From positions 384,001-448,000 of the forward strand of contig CAVSHB010000002.1 in NCBI GenBank assembly GCA_963727775.1: a stretch of 64,000 nt of DNA, read 5' to 3'. Origin of the DNA: an uncultured Nitrospiraceae bacterium. Its GTDB lineage: Bacteria; Nitrospirota; Thermodesulfovibrionia; Thermodesulfovibrionales; SM23-35. How positions within the stretch are numbered: the first letter of the stretch is position 1; every line of letters begins with the position of its first letter. Below, piece by piece: positions 41,418-54,630 of the stretch. Below the pieces are notes generated by a model. The model made no database searches. It saw nothing but the letters and a program-made list of their open reading frames with translations, and was not told the DNA's origin. A program made the position numbers and the translations under genes.

Positions 41418-41615
41418 ATGGATACATTAACGGATAAAGTTAAGGAAATAGAAAAGGAAGAAATAATAAATGCTTTGAGGGAGTGCAATTGGGTCATGTC
41501 GAGGGCGGCAAGAAAACTCGGCATAACCGAAAGGATGATCGGTTACAAGATCAAAAAATATCATATTAAAAAGGAGGTGAAGTATATCGAAGATGATCCG
41601 ATGAGTGATCAATAG
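41418..41615 (+). CDS. stand-alone Fis/NifA-type HTH protein
   Basis: EKEEIINAL..CNWVMSRAARKLGITERMIGYKIKKY; SD GGAGG. Confidence 0.82.
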   Translation: MDTLTDKVKEIEKEEIINALRECNWVMSRAARKLGITERMIGYKIKKYHIKKEVKYIEDDPMSDQ

Positions 41616-41674
41616 CGCAGTTCACAAAAAAATAGATTAAATGTATCTGTTGATTTAATTAAAAGGAGGGAAGG

Positions 41675-42799
41675 ATGACGAAAAGGATTTTTACAAGCGG
41701 GCTGATGTTTTTAGTGTTATTAACATTCAGTGCGGGAGCATGGGCGGATGAGGAGAAGAAGGCAAGCGGTATCAATGTTGACGAAATAAAGAAAGCGCTC
41801 GGCCTGAGCATATACCTGCAGGGAGGATACAACTATAACTTTGCGAGCCCGGATTCGGGTGAGAACCAGTTGAGGGTGTTCGACCATAAGGCCAACAGCT
41901 TTACGCTGGACCTTGCGCAGATACAATTTGTAAAAGACCCGGCCGTAGGCGGCTTAGGCTATAAGCTGAAATTATCATTCGGTGAGACCGCTAAGTTCAT
42001 CCATGCCACGGGCCTCGGCAATGCAGGCGACGAATTTGACCTCACAGAGGCGTATGTAAGTTATTCAGCACCGTTGGGTAAGGGCCTCAGGTTCGACTTT
42101 GGAAAGATGGCGACATATCACGGGGCGGAGGTGATCGAGGCAAGGGACAACCCGAATTATTCCCGCTCTTATCTTTTCAACTTTGCCATACCATTTACCC
42201 ATACAGGGCTGAAAATGAGTTATGCATTTTCCGATGCCCTGAACGCGTCGGTCCATGTAGTCAATGGTTGGGACAACTTCAACGATAACAACAAGTCGAA
42301 AACCATGGGCTTATCAGTCGGCTATACCCCGGTTGAGCAGCTTGCAATGATTTTCAACCTTATGTACGGCCCTGAAAAGGACGATAACAACCACGACAAC
42401 CGTTTTCTGTTCGACTGGGTAGGTACGATAAAGCCTGTAAAGAACCTGAGCATAATACTGAATACCGATTATGCGACAGAGCAGCACTCTGATCCCGACA
42501 GCGGCGGCACGGCCAAATGGTATGGAATAGCGGCAATCGCAAAATACGACTTCAGCGACATGTACAGTTTGTCGTTGAGGGGAGAGTATTTCAATGATCA
42601 GAATGGCGTGAGGACTGGGACCCCGCAGCATTTGAAAGAAGTAACGCTGACGCCGGAGATCAGGGTAGCACAGGGTTTGATCGTGAGGCCTGAGTACAGG
42701 CATGACTGGTCGAACGGAACAGTGTTCGATGCACACGACACGCCGCTGAACAAGAAGCAGCAGGACACCATCGCGGTAGCGTTGATGTATACATGGTAG
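41675..42799 (+). CDS. putative outer-membrane beta-barrel porin
   Basis: Signal peptide; EAY, FDFGK, NYSRS, PFTHTG, VNGWD, EYRHDWS; terminal aromatic residue. Confidence 0.8.
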   Translation: MTKRIFTSGLMFLVLLTFSAGAWADEEKKASGINVDEIKKALGLSIYLQGGYNYNFASPDSGENQLRVFDHKANSFTLDLAQIQFVKDPAVGGLGYKLKLSFGETAKFIHATGLGNAGDEFDLTEAYVSYSAPLGKGLRFDFGKMATYHGAEVIEARDNPNYSRSYLFNFAIPFTHTGLKMSYAFSDALNASVHVVNGWDNFNDNNKSKTMGLSVGYTPVEQLAMIFNLMYGPEKDDNNHDNRFLFDWVGTIKPVKNLSIILNTDYATEQHSDPDSGGTAKWYGIAAIAKYDFSDMYSLSLRGEYFNDQNGVRTGTPQHLKEVTLTPEIRVAQGLIVRPEYRHDWSNGTVFDAHDTPLNKKQQDTIAVALMYTW

Positions 42800-42830
42800 A
42801 AAAAAAGATAAATCAGCAAAGGAGACAAGT

Positions 42831-44857
<2,027 letters not shown>

Positions 44858-44867
44858 TAATAAGAAT

Positions 44868-44909
44868 GGACCCGGGGGCTTTACATTTGTCAAAGCCTTC
44901 GGGTCCTTT
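44868..44909 (+). terminator. hairpin between the P-II gene and glnA
   Basis: GGACCCGGGGGCTTT...AAAGCCTTCGGGTCC followed by TTT. Confidence 0.55.
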
Positions 44910-44963
44910 ATTGAAAATTAGCTGTCCGAATAAAATCAATAATATGTAAGTGGAGGCGAGAAC

Positions 44964-46376
44964 ATGACATCAAAAGAAGTAATGGAATTGGCAAAGAAGA
45001 ACAAAGCAGTAATGGTAGACCTGAAGTTCATGGATTTTCCGGGACTGTGGCAGCATTTTTCAGTACCGATTAAGGAACTGACAGAGGACATGTTCGAAAG
45101 CGGGTTGGGCTTTGACGGCTCATCCATAAGGGGCTGGCAGGCGATCCACATGAGCGACATGCTGGTAATCCCGGATCCAACGACAGCGATAATGGACCCG
45201 GTGACGCAACACCCCACGGTGAGCATGATCTGCACAATCGTAGACCCGATCACAAAAGAGCAATACTCAAGAGACCCCCGGTATGTCGCGCAGAAGGCTG
45301 AAGCCTACATGAAGTCGACAAAGGTTGCCGACACGGCATACTTCGGACCCGAGGCGGAATTCTTCATATTTGATGACGTGCGGTTTGACTATACCTCAAA
45401 CAGCGGATATCACTTTGTAGATTCAGACGAGGGGATATGGAACTCGGGGAGAGAAGAAAGCCCGAACCTCGGATACAAGCCGAGACATAAAGAGGGATAC
45501 TTCCCGGTCGCCCCGATGGACAAGCAGCAGGACCTCCGGACAGAGATGGTGCTGGAGTTGCAGAAGGCGGGGATAGAGATAGAGGCCCAGCATCATGAAG
45601 TAGCGACAGGGGGCCAGGCGGAGATCGATATGAGGTTCTCGCCCCTGGTAAACATGGCGGACAAGTTGATGATGTACAAGTATATCATCAAGAATGTAGC
45701 AGTAAGGAACGGAAAGACCGTGACGATGATGCCGAAGCCACTCTTCGGCGATAATGGTTCAGGCATGCATACACACCAGAGCCTGTGGAAAGGCGGCAAG
45801 CCGTTATTTGCGGGTAACGCATACGCTGGGGTGTCCGAAATGGCCTTGTATTACATAGGGGGAATACTCAAGCATGCCGCGGCGCTGGCAGCGTTAGTAG
45901 CGCCAACAACGAACTCATACAAGAGACTGGTGCCGGGATATGAGGCGCCGATCAACCTTGCGTATTCAAGCAGGAACCGGTCGGCGGCGATCAGGATCCC
46001 AATGTATTCCCCGAGCCCGAAGGCAAAGAGGATAGAAGTAAGGTTCCCTGATCCGTCCTGCAACCCGTATCTTGCGTTCTCAGCGATGCTCATGGCGGGA
46101 TTGGACGGGATAGAGAACAAGATAGATCCTGGAGAGCCGCTGGATAAGGACATCTACGAGCTTGGGCCTGAGGAACTCGCGAAGGTGCCGAGTCTTCCTG
46201 GTTCACTCGAGGACGCGCTTGATTGCCTTGAGAAAGACCACGACTTCATGATGAAAGGCGACGTATTCACGAAAGATGTAATCGAGATGTGGATAAGCTA
46301 CAAGAGAGCTAAAGAAGTCGACGCGCTGAGGCTCAGGCCCCATCCCTACGAGTTCTTCCTCTATTACGATATTTAA
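44964..46376 (+). CDS. glnA: glutamine synthetase type I
   Basis: [40 protein letters not shown] adenylylation-site Tyr. Confidence 0.97.
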   Translation: MTSKEVMELAKKNKAVMVDLKFMDFPGLWQHFSVPIKELTEDMFESGLGFDGSSIRGWQAIHMSDMLVIPDPTTAIMDPVTQHPTVSMICTIVDPITKEQYSRDPRYVAQKAEAYMKSTKVADTAYFGPEAEFFIFDDVRFDYTSNSGYHFVDSDEGIWNSGREESPNLGYKPRHKEGYFPVAPMDKQQDLRTEMVLELQKAGIEIEAQHHEVATGGQAEIDMRFSPLVNMADKLMMYKYIIKNVAVRNGKTVTMMPKPLFGDNGSGMHTHQSLWKGGKPLFAGNAYAGVSEMALYYIGGILKHAAALAALVAPTTNSYKRLVPGYEAPINLAYSSRNRSAAIRIPMYSPSPKAKRIEVRFPDPSCNPYLAFSAMLMAGLDGIENKIDPGEPLDKDIYELGPEELAKVPSLPGSLEDALDCLEKDHDFMMKGDVFTKDVIEMWISYKRAKEVDALRLRPHPYEFFLYYDI

Positions 46377-46418
46377 GGTTGTTAAGAGATTTTGAAAGTC
46401 AGTAGTTACGGATAGTCG

Positions 46419-46453
46419 GGCCGCTATCTGAGTGGAAATTCGGATAGCGGCCT
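46419..46453 (+). terminator. hairpin after glnA
   Basis: GGCCGCTATCTGA...TCGGATAGCGGCC; weak T tail. Confidence 0.5.
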
Positions 46454-46502
46454 CTGCATCAGTGGGTAAAAGTAATCTTTATGAAGATTCAGGAGATACG
46501 CA

Positions 46503-47855
46503 ATGACACATGAGCCATTTGTAATGGATACGGCATTTTGGATAGCAACTGCAATATTTATTTTAGCCAATGTATTAATTATTTCGGAAAAAGTACATAA
46601 AGCAGTCGTGGCTATATGTGGCGGAGCTTTAATGCTTGTTTTAAGAATTCTTGAACAGCACGAAGCCTTTCAGGTTGAAGAATTCGGCATAAATTGGAAC
46701 GTTATATTCCTTCTTATTTCGATGATGGTGATTGTGAACCTGATGAAACCTACAGGGCTTTTTGAATATATTGCGATTAAAAGCGCAAAGCTGGGCAGGG
46801 GCAGGCCCTTCAGAATCATGGCTATTTTTGCCGTTGTAACAGCAGTTCTCAGCGCCTTCCTCGATAACGTCACAACTGTGCTTTTAATAACCCCGGTGAC
46901 AATACTTATAGCAGACGCCCTGGAAGTTGATCCGATACCTTATCTTATTTCTTGTGCCATTGCATCTAATATCGGCGGGACCGCCACACTCATAGGGGAC
47001 CCGCCGAATATAATGATAGCCTCGAAAGCAGGGCTTAGTTTTATGGATTTTATCTATCACTTGACCCCGGTTATCCTGATCGTAATGGTTGTGTACATTT
47101 TGCTGATTAAGCTTATTTGGGGCAACAAACTTAAGACAAGCGATAAACTTATGAACAGGATAATGGAAATGGATGAGCATGAGGCCATTAAAGACCCTGT
47201 GCTGACGAAAAAGTCTCTCTTTGTTTTTGCCGGTGTTTTGACAGGATTTATCTTCCACGGTGTGCTCCATCTTATGCCAGCCACCATTGCTTTATTCGGA
47301 GCAGGGCTGCTGCTCCTGCTTTCCAAACCACGGGAACCCCACAATGCCCTTATGGAAATTGAGTGGTCGACCATATTTTTTATCATGGGGCTGTTTATAA
47401 TCATTGGCGGCGTGGTGAAGGTAGGACTGATAAAGTGGATGTCAATAAAGGTACTTGATCTGACCCATGGCAATTTATTGGCAACGTCAATGGTGGTAAT
47501 GTGGTTTTCCGCCTTTGCATCAGCAATTATAGATAACATCCCTTATGTCGCAACGATGAACTCTTTGGTGATTGATATGGCAAAGCAGCTTTGGCCGAAT
47601 GTTTCAGGCGTTCAACTGTTGCAGCACCCCGGTATTATGCCTATCTGGTGGTCTCTGGCGTTAGGTGCTTGTCTCGGTGGGAACGGTACGGCGATCGGCG
47701 CATCTGCAAATGTCGTCGTTGTGGGGATATCTGAGAAGATGGGGAGGAAGATATCATTTTTGAAATTTACGGTGTTCGGAATGCCTATTATGATAATGAC
47801 GGTGTTTGTCTCAACTATATATGTCTGGCTGAGGTACTATGTATTAAAATTTTGA
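46503..47855 (+). CDS. ArsB/NhaD family transporter
   Basis: SAFLDNVTT, SNIGGTATLIGDPPN, IDNIP, LGGNGT.IGASAN. Confidence 0.9.
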   Translation: MTHEPFVMDTAFWIATAIFILANVLIISEKVHKAVVAICGGALMLVLRILEQHEAFQVEEFGINWNVIFLLISMMVIVNLMKPTGLFEYIAIKSAKLGRGRPFRIMAIFAVVTAVLSAFLDNVTTVLLITPVTILIADALEVDPIPYLISCAIASNIGGTATLIGDPPNIMIASKAGLSFMDFIYHLTPVILIVMVVYILLIKLIWGNKLKTSDKLMNRIMEMDEHEAIKDPVLTKKSLFVFAGVLTGFIFHGVLHLMPATIALFGAGLLLLLSKPREPHNALMEIEWSTIFFIMGLFIIIGGVVKVGLIKWMSIKVLDLTHGNLLATSMVVMWFSAFASAIIDNIPYVATMNSLVIDMAKQLWPNVSGVQLLQHPGIMPIWWSLALGACLGGNGTAIGASANVVVVGISEKMGRKISFLKFTVFGMPIMIMTVFVSTIYVWLRYYVLKF

Positions 47856-47884
47856 TATGGTGCTGGATACTGCCTGAAAACAGT

Positions 47885-48556
47885 TTAATCTTTTTGACAT
47901 TTTCCCCGGCAACTGCATAGCAGATTGCCTTTTGCTTTCTCAAGCGCTTCGCGGCCTTCTTTAAAAGAAAGGCCGGCTATCCCTAAAGCGCCGAGTGAGT
48001 CCAGCAGACCTATTCCTGTTAATTCATATCCCACGCTTGAAACAAGGAGGACTACAGAGAGCCACATGCAGACCTTTGAGCAATTAGCATCCGCAAGCAG
48101 TGCATCGGAATTAAAGCGTGTTCCGATTTTAACCTTGTAATGGATAAGCGCCCACATAGAGAGAATTGATACAAGCGAGACAATAATACCCCAAAGTGTA
48201 GTTTCCGGCTTATATCCTTTGTAGAGATTTATAAGCGCTGTCATGGTCAGACCGGCGGCAAGGATATAGAAACCATTGCCGGTAACTCTAAGGGCGGTCC
48301 TTTCAAATCTGTCCGGGTGTTCATTCCCATTACGCTTCATCCGCCGTACCATATGCCATATCCCGACGCCCGATATGACTTCAACAAAGGAATCTACGCC
48401 GAAGCCGAAGAGTGTGACCGTCCCGTCTTGAAATCCAAAGAAAACAGAAACAACGCCTTCGATGAGATTATAGAAGATAGTAATCAAAGCCAGGGCAGAC
48501 GCCCATTTATAGAATATCGAATTACCTATACGTGGCTTGAATGAAATAGTTTCCAT
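47885..48556 (-). CDS. cation efflux (CDF-like) membrane protein
   Basis: YNLIEG, FGFGVDSFVE, ALLADA, LDSLGA; Cys-rich tail. Confidence 0.78.
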   Translation of the reverse strand: METISFKPRIGNSIFYKWASALALITIFYNLIEGVVSVFFGFQDGTVTLFGFGVDSFVEVISGVGIWHMVRRMKRNGNEHPDRFERTALRVTGNGFYILAAGLTMTALINLYKGYKPETTLWGIIVSLVSILSMWALIHYKVKIGTRFNSDALLADANCSKVCMWLSVVLLVSSVGYELTGIGLLDSLGALGIAGLSFKEGREALEKAKGNLLCSCRGKCQKD

Positions 48557-48765
48557 TACTTATGATAACATTCCTACGCTTGGTAGTTTCTATTCCGCAC
48601 TGTCAGGTTTATTAACCCGGCAACAAAATAGCGCAAGCCGCAAAGTTTATGAGCGGTTTTTATCCTGCATATATACTTTAGTCTGTCCTCGTGCGGAGCC
48701 GGTCACTTTATTTTTAATTACCTTTCTGTTAAAGTGATTTCATGCGTGAAGCGGGTATTCCCGAC

Positions 48766-48887
48766 GACCGTGGCGTATATAGTGTTTTCGCTCATTCTCG
48801 TCCGCCTCGGCGGACTCCGAGGTAAATTTTGTTCCGTTAAATCTGCACAGAATTTAAATCCGCGAAAACACTATACACGCCATGGTC
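48766..48887 (-). repeat. structured three-way-junction element, copy 3 (inverted)
   Basis: 26-bp IR with 2 mismatches. Minus-strand core: GCGGATT-[hairpin]-ACCTCGGA-[GTCCGCC/GGCGGAC]-GAGAATGAGC. Confidence 0.85.
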
Positions 48888-48932
48888 CAGCGGAGGGTAA
48901 TTCAACTCTGAAAAAAAGGAAGGCAGAAGACA

Positions 48933-49871
48933 TTGTCCGTGCAGAAATTATTTGTGCAAAAAGGAGAATCGGGAGAGAGGCTCGACACATTCCTCGCTAA
49001 GACAACATCCGTCACGCGTTCTCAGATACAAAGGCTCATAGAAAAAGGGGATGTTCTTGTAAACGAGAAACATTCTAATCAGAACTACAGAGTAAAAATA
49101 AATGACGCCATAACAATAAATGTCACTGAATATAAAAATGAAGAGCTTATTCCGGAGCCGATCGGGATTGATATCCTTTACAAAGACGAGCATCTCGTTG
49201 TTGTCAATAAACCTGCCGGTATGGTGGTATATCCCGCTGCCGGTCACAGCCAAGGCACACTCATGAACGCGCTTTATTATTACTGCGGGAAGCTTGCCAC
49301 AGTGGGAGGTCCGCTTAGACCCGGTGTTGTGCACCGGCTTGATAAGGATACGTCGGGCCTGATGGTTGTAGCCGTTGATGATAAGTCTTACTATGACCTT
49401 GCTGAACAATTCAAAGAGAGGACAATAAACAGAAAATATATTGCCTTGGTTTATGGAAATCTCAAAGGGGATGAAGGAGAGATAGCTCTCAGGATAGGAC
49501 GTTCCGAATCGGACAGGAAAAAAATGTCAACCCGCGTAAACAAAGGCAAAGAGGCCGTAACGAGATGGAAGGTAAAAGAAAATTTCAGAGGCGCCACGTT
49601 GATGGAGATAAAACTCGGCACAGGGAGAACACACCAAATAAGGGTGCATTTCGCTTCCATCGGACATCCTGTGCTCGGAGACAGGACGTACGGGAAAAAG
49701 ATCGATATTACCGTTAAGTCCGGCAAGAAGATTTCTTTCCCGAGACAGATGCTTCATGCGGAATTATTGGGGTTCACGCATCCTGTAACAGGCAGTCACC
49801 TTGAATTTACCGGACCTTTACCCGAGGACATGGCCCAAAAGATTCGTGAAATCCGGGACCGCAACAAATAA
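48933..49871 (+). CDS. rluD: RluA/RluD family pseudouridine synthase with S4 domain
   Basis: RLD.FL, NKPAGMVV, VHRLDKDTSG, TGRTHQIRVH, LHA. Confidence 0.9.
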   Translation: MSVQKLFVQKGESGERLDTFLAKTTSVTRSQIQRLIEKGDVLVNEKHSNQNYRVKINDAITINVTEYKNEELIPEPIGIDILYKDEHLVVVNKPAGMVVYPAAGHSQGTLMNALYYYCGKLATVGGPLRPGVVHRLDKDTSGLMVVAVDDKSYYDLAEQFKERTINRKYIALVYGNLKGDEGEIALRIGRSESDRKKMSTRVNKGKEAVTRWKVKENFRGATLMEIKLGTGRTHQIRVHFASIGHPVLGDRTYGKKIDITVKSGKKISFPRQMLHAELLGFTHPVTGSHLEFTGPLPEDMAQKIREIRDRNK

Positions 49872-49873
49872 AC

Positions 49874-50953
49874 CTAATCACCGAAACAGATACCCAGAGA
49901 TCTTGCGGCCTGCATTATGCCTGAAGCAAGATGCACGCACTTCATCTTACCGATTGCCTCTTCAATCGGCACAGCACAGACTTCGGTAGATCGAAGGGCA
50001 ACCATTTTGCCGAACTTGCCCGCCTCAATGAACCGTATTGCAGCGGTCCCGAACCGAAGTGCAAGCAACCTGTCAAAGGTAGTCGGCGCACCACCTCTCT
50101 GAAGATGGCCTAATACCATATCCCTCGTCTCTTTCCCCGTCCTTTTCCTGATCTCTTCCGATACTTTTTTCCCGATACCGCCAAGCCTGAGTTCTTCCCC
50201 CGGTTTTTTTTCTTCTACAACAGTGATGTCCCCTCCAACCGGCATGGCGCCCTCAGCTACGACAACAATGGCATAATCCTGGCCGACGAGTGAGAGTTGT
50301 CTTATCTTGTTGCATACTTTTTCGGTATCAAAAGGTATTTCGGGTATCAGGATTACATCGGCGGACCCGGATATGCCCGAGTGCAGAGCTATCCATCCTA
50401 CATAACGCCCCATCACCTCAACCACCATAACCCTGTCGTGAGATTTTGCGGTAGTATGAAGTTTGTCTATCGCTTCAGTTGCCGTATTGACTGCCGTATC
50501 GAACCCGAAGGTCACATCTGTTGAATTGATGTCATTATCAATAGTTTTCGGGACCCCGATGATGGGAAGTCCCTTTTTGATAAATTTGTTCGCAATGCGG
50601 AGACTGCCGTCACCGCCGATGGCGATAAGCACGTCGAAGCCAAGGGCCTTGAAATTTGAGACAACCGTATCCGAGATGTCCGTCTCGTAAATGTTTCCAT
50701 CGTGATTTTTTACCACATATGTGAACGGATCACCCTTAATCGCTGTGCCGAGGATGGTCCCTCCGATATTTGTGATGTCCCAGACACTCTCGGGAGTAAG
50801 CCGCACAATCTGTTTTGTATCAATAAGGCCCTGATAGCCGTATTTTATGCCATAAACTTCCCACCCCTTTTGGTAAGCGGCAAGGACAATGCCCCTGATG
50901 ACTGCGTTAAGACCGGGCGCATCGCCGCCTCCGGTATTAATAGCTATCTTCAT
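49874..50953 (-). CDS. pfkA: 6-phosphofructokinase
   Basis: TGGGDAPGLNA, GGDGS, PKTIDND, EVMGR, LGHLQRGG. Confidence 0.92.
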   Translation of the reverse strand: MKIAINTGGGDAPGLNAVIRGIVLAAYQKGWEVYGIKYGYQGLIDTKQIVRLTPESVWDITNIGGTILGTAIKGDPFTYVVKNHDGNIYETDISDTVVSNFKALGFDVLIAIGGDGSLRIANKFIKKGLPIIGVPKTIDNDINSTDVTFGFDTAVNTATEAIDKLHTTAKSHDRVMVVEVMGRYVGWIALHSGISGSADVILIPEIPFDTEKVCNKIRQLSLVGQDYAIVVVAEGAMPVGGDITVVEEKKPGEELRLGGIGKKVSEEIRKRTGKETRDMVLGHLQRGGAPTTFDRLLALRFGTAAIRFIEAGKFGKMVALRSTEVCAVPIEEAIGKMKCVHLASGIMQAARSLGICFGD

Positions 50954-51017
50954 TTTAAAACCTCCACTTAAAACCTCCACGGTTTTTTTATAATGCTAAC
51001 AGCGCCCGAAGCCCGCA

Positions 51018-52133
51018 TTAAGGCCTCCAGTATTCCTCAAATTTCCCGCCCTTCGTGATCCAGACGATATACGGAGACACTGTGACATCGCCTTTTGTAT
51101 CAAACTTTATGTTGCCGAGAGCGACATGGAATTCCAGTGAATGCAGTTTATCGATGACTGCTTTCCCCTCAGTTGAATTGGACTCCTTTATTGCTGTCAG
51201 GAGGATATTTGCGGCATCGTATGCATAAATGGAATAGGGACCGATTTCTCCATACTTTGCCTGGTACTTCTCGATAAAACCTTTTGCCGACGGTATATTC
51301 CTGGGATCAGGACTGAAGGTGAGGAACGTGCCTTCTGCCGCAGGACCCGCAATCTCTATGAACTTCGGGTCTATTGTCCCGTCGCCGCTCATGAACCCTA
51401 TATTCATGCCGAGTTCTTTTGCCTCTTTAACGAGCAGTCCTGCTGCGGGATAGATACCGCCGAAAAAGATGAGCTCCGGGTTTTTATTCTTTATCGACGT
51501 CAAGATACCCTTAAAATCTTTATCTTCCGGGATAATGCTGCCGTAATAAACTACATTGACCTTATTATTGAGGAAGTTTTTGAATTCATCCGCCAACCCC
51601 TGTCCATATGTTGTCTTGTCATGGAGTACGGCAACATTCCTGAGCTTAAGATAATCTGTAACAAATTGTGCTGCAACCTTACCCTGCTGGTCGTCCCTGC
51701 CGCATACCCTGGATATGCCCTTGTATCCTTTATCTGTAAGCCGGGGGTTGGTTGATCCGGGGGTAATCATCGGGATTCCCGCCCTGTTGTATACATCTGC
51801 TGCAGCGATGGAACAGTTGGAATTGAAATGACCTATTACACCCACCACTCCTTCGTTGACCATTTTATTGGCCACAGAAACAGCCTGCTTGGGATCGTGC
51901 TGGTCATCGCTTACTATCACCTCGATTTTTTTGCCGAGGACGCCTCCTTTACTGTTCCAGTCCTCGACGGCAAGTGAGACGCCGTTCTTGAAATCCATAC
52001 CCATCTTTGCCTGGTCGCCTGTCATGGGACCGGCGATGCCGATCTTTATCGTTTCCTGCTTTTTCCGGCATCCGACACAAAGCATACAGAACAATAAACA
52101 GAATAATAAAATGAACAACAGGGCCTTTTTCAT
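51018..52133 (-). CDS. branched-chain amino acid ABC substrate-binding lipoprotein (LivJ/K-like)
   Basis: Lipobox; IGIAGPMTG, DDQHDPKQAV, GHFNS, RDDQQG. Confidence 0.9.
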   Translation of the reverse strand: MKKALLFILLFCLLFCMLCVGCRKKQETIKIGIAGPMTGDQAKMGMDFKNGVSLAVEDWNSKGGVLGKKIEVIVSDDQHDPKQAVSVANKMVNEGVVGVIGHFNSNCSIAAADVYNRAGIPMITPGSTNPRLTDKGYKGISRVCGRDDQQGKVAAQFVTDYLKLRNVAVLHDKTTYGQGLADEFKNFLNNKVNVVYYGSIIPEDKDFKGILTSIKNKNPELIFFGGIYPAAGLLVKEAKELGMNIGFMSGDGTIDPKFIEIAGPAAEGTFLTFSPDPRNIPSAKGFIEKYQAKYGEIGPYSIYAYDAANILLTAIKESNSTEGKAVIDKLHSLEFHVALGNIKFDTKGDVTVSPYIVWITKGGKFEEYWRP

Positions 52134-52135
52134 GA

Positions 52136-52750
52136 TTATACGCCTCCTATGATATCAAGAAACCGTTTAGTATTCTTTTCAATATCCCCGCTGAGTATCG
52201 CCGACGCAACCGCAACCGCATCGGCGCCTGCCTTAAGTACCGCGTTGATATTCTCAAGGTTTATACCGCCTATCGCAACTACCGGCAAGTTTACCCTTTT
52301 TTTAATATCGAGGAGCATATCAAGGCCTTTCGGCCTCCCCGCGTTTTTCGTGGCAGTATGAAAGACAGGACCAAATCCGATATAATCGGCGCCGTCTTTT
52401 TCGGCGACCATTGCCTGTTCCAGGCTGTGTGTTGAGACACCTATTATACTGCCGGTCCCCATCATCTTCCGCGTCTCCTTTGCAGGCAGGTCGTCCTGCC
52501 CGAGGTGGACACCATCGGCGTTGACCGCGAGCGCAATATCAGGATGGTCATTTACTATAAATACAGCGTTAAATCCTTTTGTAATTTCCCTGAGGCCGAC
52601 GGCTTCTCCGTAGACTTCGCGCCTCGAGCTTTCTTTGTCACGGTACTGTATCCATCTTGCGCCTGCTTTTAATGCCTTAAGAGTAATGTCCCGGTATGAA
52701 AGCCCGCACGCGCCATGATCGGTAATAAGGCACAGACCGCCTAAATACAT
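52136..52750 (-). CDS. thiE: thiamine-phosphate synthase
   Basis: QYRDK, IVND, GVHLGQDD, STH, T.TK, AIGGI. Confidence 0.93.
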   Translation of the reverse strand: MYLGGLCLITDHGACGLSYRDITLKALKAGARWIQYRDKESSRREVYGEAVGLREITKGFNAVFIVNDHPDIALAVNADGVHLGQDDLPAKETRKMMGTGSIIGVSTHSLEQAMVAEKDGADYIGFGPVFHTATKNAGRPKGLDMLLDIKKRVNLPVVAIGGINLENINAVLKAGADAVAVASAILSGDIEKNTKRFLDIIGGV

Positions 52751-52752
52751 GC

Positions 52753-54114
52753 TTATTTATTGTCCTGGCTGCCGTTGAGTTTCTCGATAAAATTTGTATT
52801 AAAATTGCCGCTCAGAAAATCGGGATTGTTAAGGACTTTTTTATGGAAGGGGATAGTTGTGTTTACTCCCTCGATTATGAACTCATCGAGCGCGCGCCGC
52901 ATCTTCATAATCGCCTCAGACCTGTCTTTGCCGTATGTGATCAGTTTGGCTATGAGGGAATCATAGTGTGATGGTATGACATATCCGTTATAGATTGCCG
53001 TGTCTATTCTCACACCCGGACCTCCCGGGAGCGACAGGAATGTAATCTTCCCTGGAGACGGGATAAACCTTTCAGGGTCTTCTGCGTTAATCCTGCATTC
53101 TATGGCATGCCCTGATAATCTTATCTGGTTCTGTTTATATTCCAACGGCAGTCCCGCCGCGAGTTTTATCTGCTCTCTAACAATATCGATGCCGGTGACC
53201 GCTTCCGTCACGGGATGCTCTACCTGTATACGGGTATTGATCTCTATAAAATAAATATTCCCTTTCGGGTCGACGATAAACTCAACAGTGCCCACATTCC
53301 TGTACTTGATAGCACGAGCCGCCTTCACCCCCAACTCCCCGATTCTCTTTCTAAACTTCTCGGTTGATGAAATAGGTGAAGGAGATTCTTCTATAAGTTT
53401 TTGATGGCGCCTCTGTATTGAACAGTCTCTTTCTCCGAGATGGACGATGTTCTCCTTATTGTCTGCCATTACCTGTACTTCTATATGCCTCATTTCAGGG
53501 ATATATTCCTCTATATATATCTCGCTGTTGCCGAATGCTGTTAGTGCCTCTCTCTGCGCCATGAAAAAAGCCTGCTCAAGGTCTTTTTCATCTTTAACGA
53601 TCTTCATGCCGTGTCCCCCTCCTCCGGCAGAAGCCTTAAGGACTATGGGAAGCCCTATCTTTTTTGAAACCTTAATTGCGACTTCTTCATTGGCAACCGG
53701 GCCGTCGCTTCCTGAAACAACAGGCACCCCTTTCCTTCTCATTATCTGACGCGCCTTGGCCTTATCGCCGCCAAGCCTTATGTTATCAGATGTGGGGCCG
53801 ATAAATGTCATACCCGAGGTAAGACATGCCTCGGCAAAATGGTAGTTTTCAGATAAGAACCCATAACCGGGGTGTATGGCATCCGAATCCGTTATCTCGG
53901 CGGCGCTCAATATCGCCGGAATATTCAGATAACTCTGAGTTGCGTTCGCAGGTCCGATGCAGACGGATTCGTCCGCGAGTCTGACATGGAGGGATTCTTT
54001 ATCTATGTCCGAATATACCGCTACAGTTTTAATGCCGAGCTCTTTGCATGCGCGTATGACCCTTAATGCTATCTCGCCACGGTTTGCTATTAAAATCTTA
54101 TTGAATAATTTCAT
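52753..54114 (-). CDS. accC: acetyl-CoA carboxylase biotin carboxylase
   Basis: ANRGEIA, HPGYGFLSEN, RDCSIQRRHQK, RIQVEHPVTE. Confidence 0.96.
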   Translation of the reverse strand: MKLFNKILIANRGEIALRVIRACKELGIKTVAVYSDIDKESLHVRLADESVCIGPANATQSYLNIPAILSAAEITDSDAIHPGYGFLSENYHFAEACLTSGMTFIGPTSDNIRLGGDKAKARQIMRRKGVPVVSGSDGPVANEEVAIKVSKKIGLPIVLKASAGGGGHGMKIVKDEKDLEQAFFMAQREALTAFGNSEIYIEEYIPEMRHIEVQVMADNKENIVHLGERDCSIQRRHQKLIEESPSPISSTEKFRKRIGELGVKAARAIKYRNVGTVEFIVDPKGNIYFIEINTRIQVEHPVTEAVTGIDIVREQIKLAAGLPLEYKQNQIRLSGHAIECRINAEDPERFIPSPGKITFLSLPGGPGVRIDTAIYNGYVIPSHYDSLIAKLITYGKDRSEAIMKMRRALDEFIIEGVNTTIPFHKKVLNNPDFLSGNFNTNFIEKLNGSQDNK

Positions 54115-54195
54115 TTCAATTCAACAGTCGCTCAGTGCGGAGGGTAAGTTGTGTGGAGGTTTTTTGTTTCATGATCTGTAGGCTGTTCACTCTGC

Positions 54196-54630
54196 TCATA
54201 CCGGCTCTATGAGAAATAACGGCTCACCGTACTCAACAGGCTGTCCGTTTTCGACCAATATTTTTACGATGATACCGTCGGAATCACTTTCGATTTCATT
54301 CATCAGCTTCATTGCTTCTACAATACAGAGTACCTGGCCTTTGTTCACCTTCGACCCTAATTCTACGAAAGGAGACGCTTCAGGCGTAGGCGACCTGAAG
54401 AACGTGCCGACAATCGGCGAGGTTATTGTTGCAACCCTCCGGGTCTCTTCCTCAGTCTCGGCCGTTATTTTCTCTTGCAGGCCCGCGTGCTTATGTAAGG
54501 GCATCTCTAAAGAGGTCAATATCTTCTCCCTTTTGATCTTGACCTTCGTCCCGTCTTTTTCTACCTGCAACTCGGTTATATCTGTCTCCTTGAGAAGTGA
54601 AATAAGCTCTTTTAAATCCTCAAGTTCCAT
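54196..54630 (-). CDS. accB: biotin carboxyl carrier protein
   Basis: [16 protein letters not shown]. Confidence 0.96.
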   Translation of the reverse strand: MELEDLKELISLLKETDITELQVEKDGTKVKIKREKILTSLEMPLHKHAGLQEKITAETEEETRRVATITSPIVGTFFRSPTPEASPFVELGSKVNKGQVLCIVEAMKLMNEIESDSDGIIVKILVENGQPVEYGEPLFLIEPV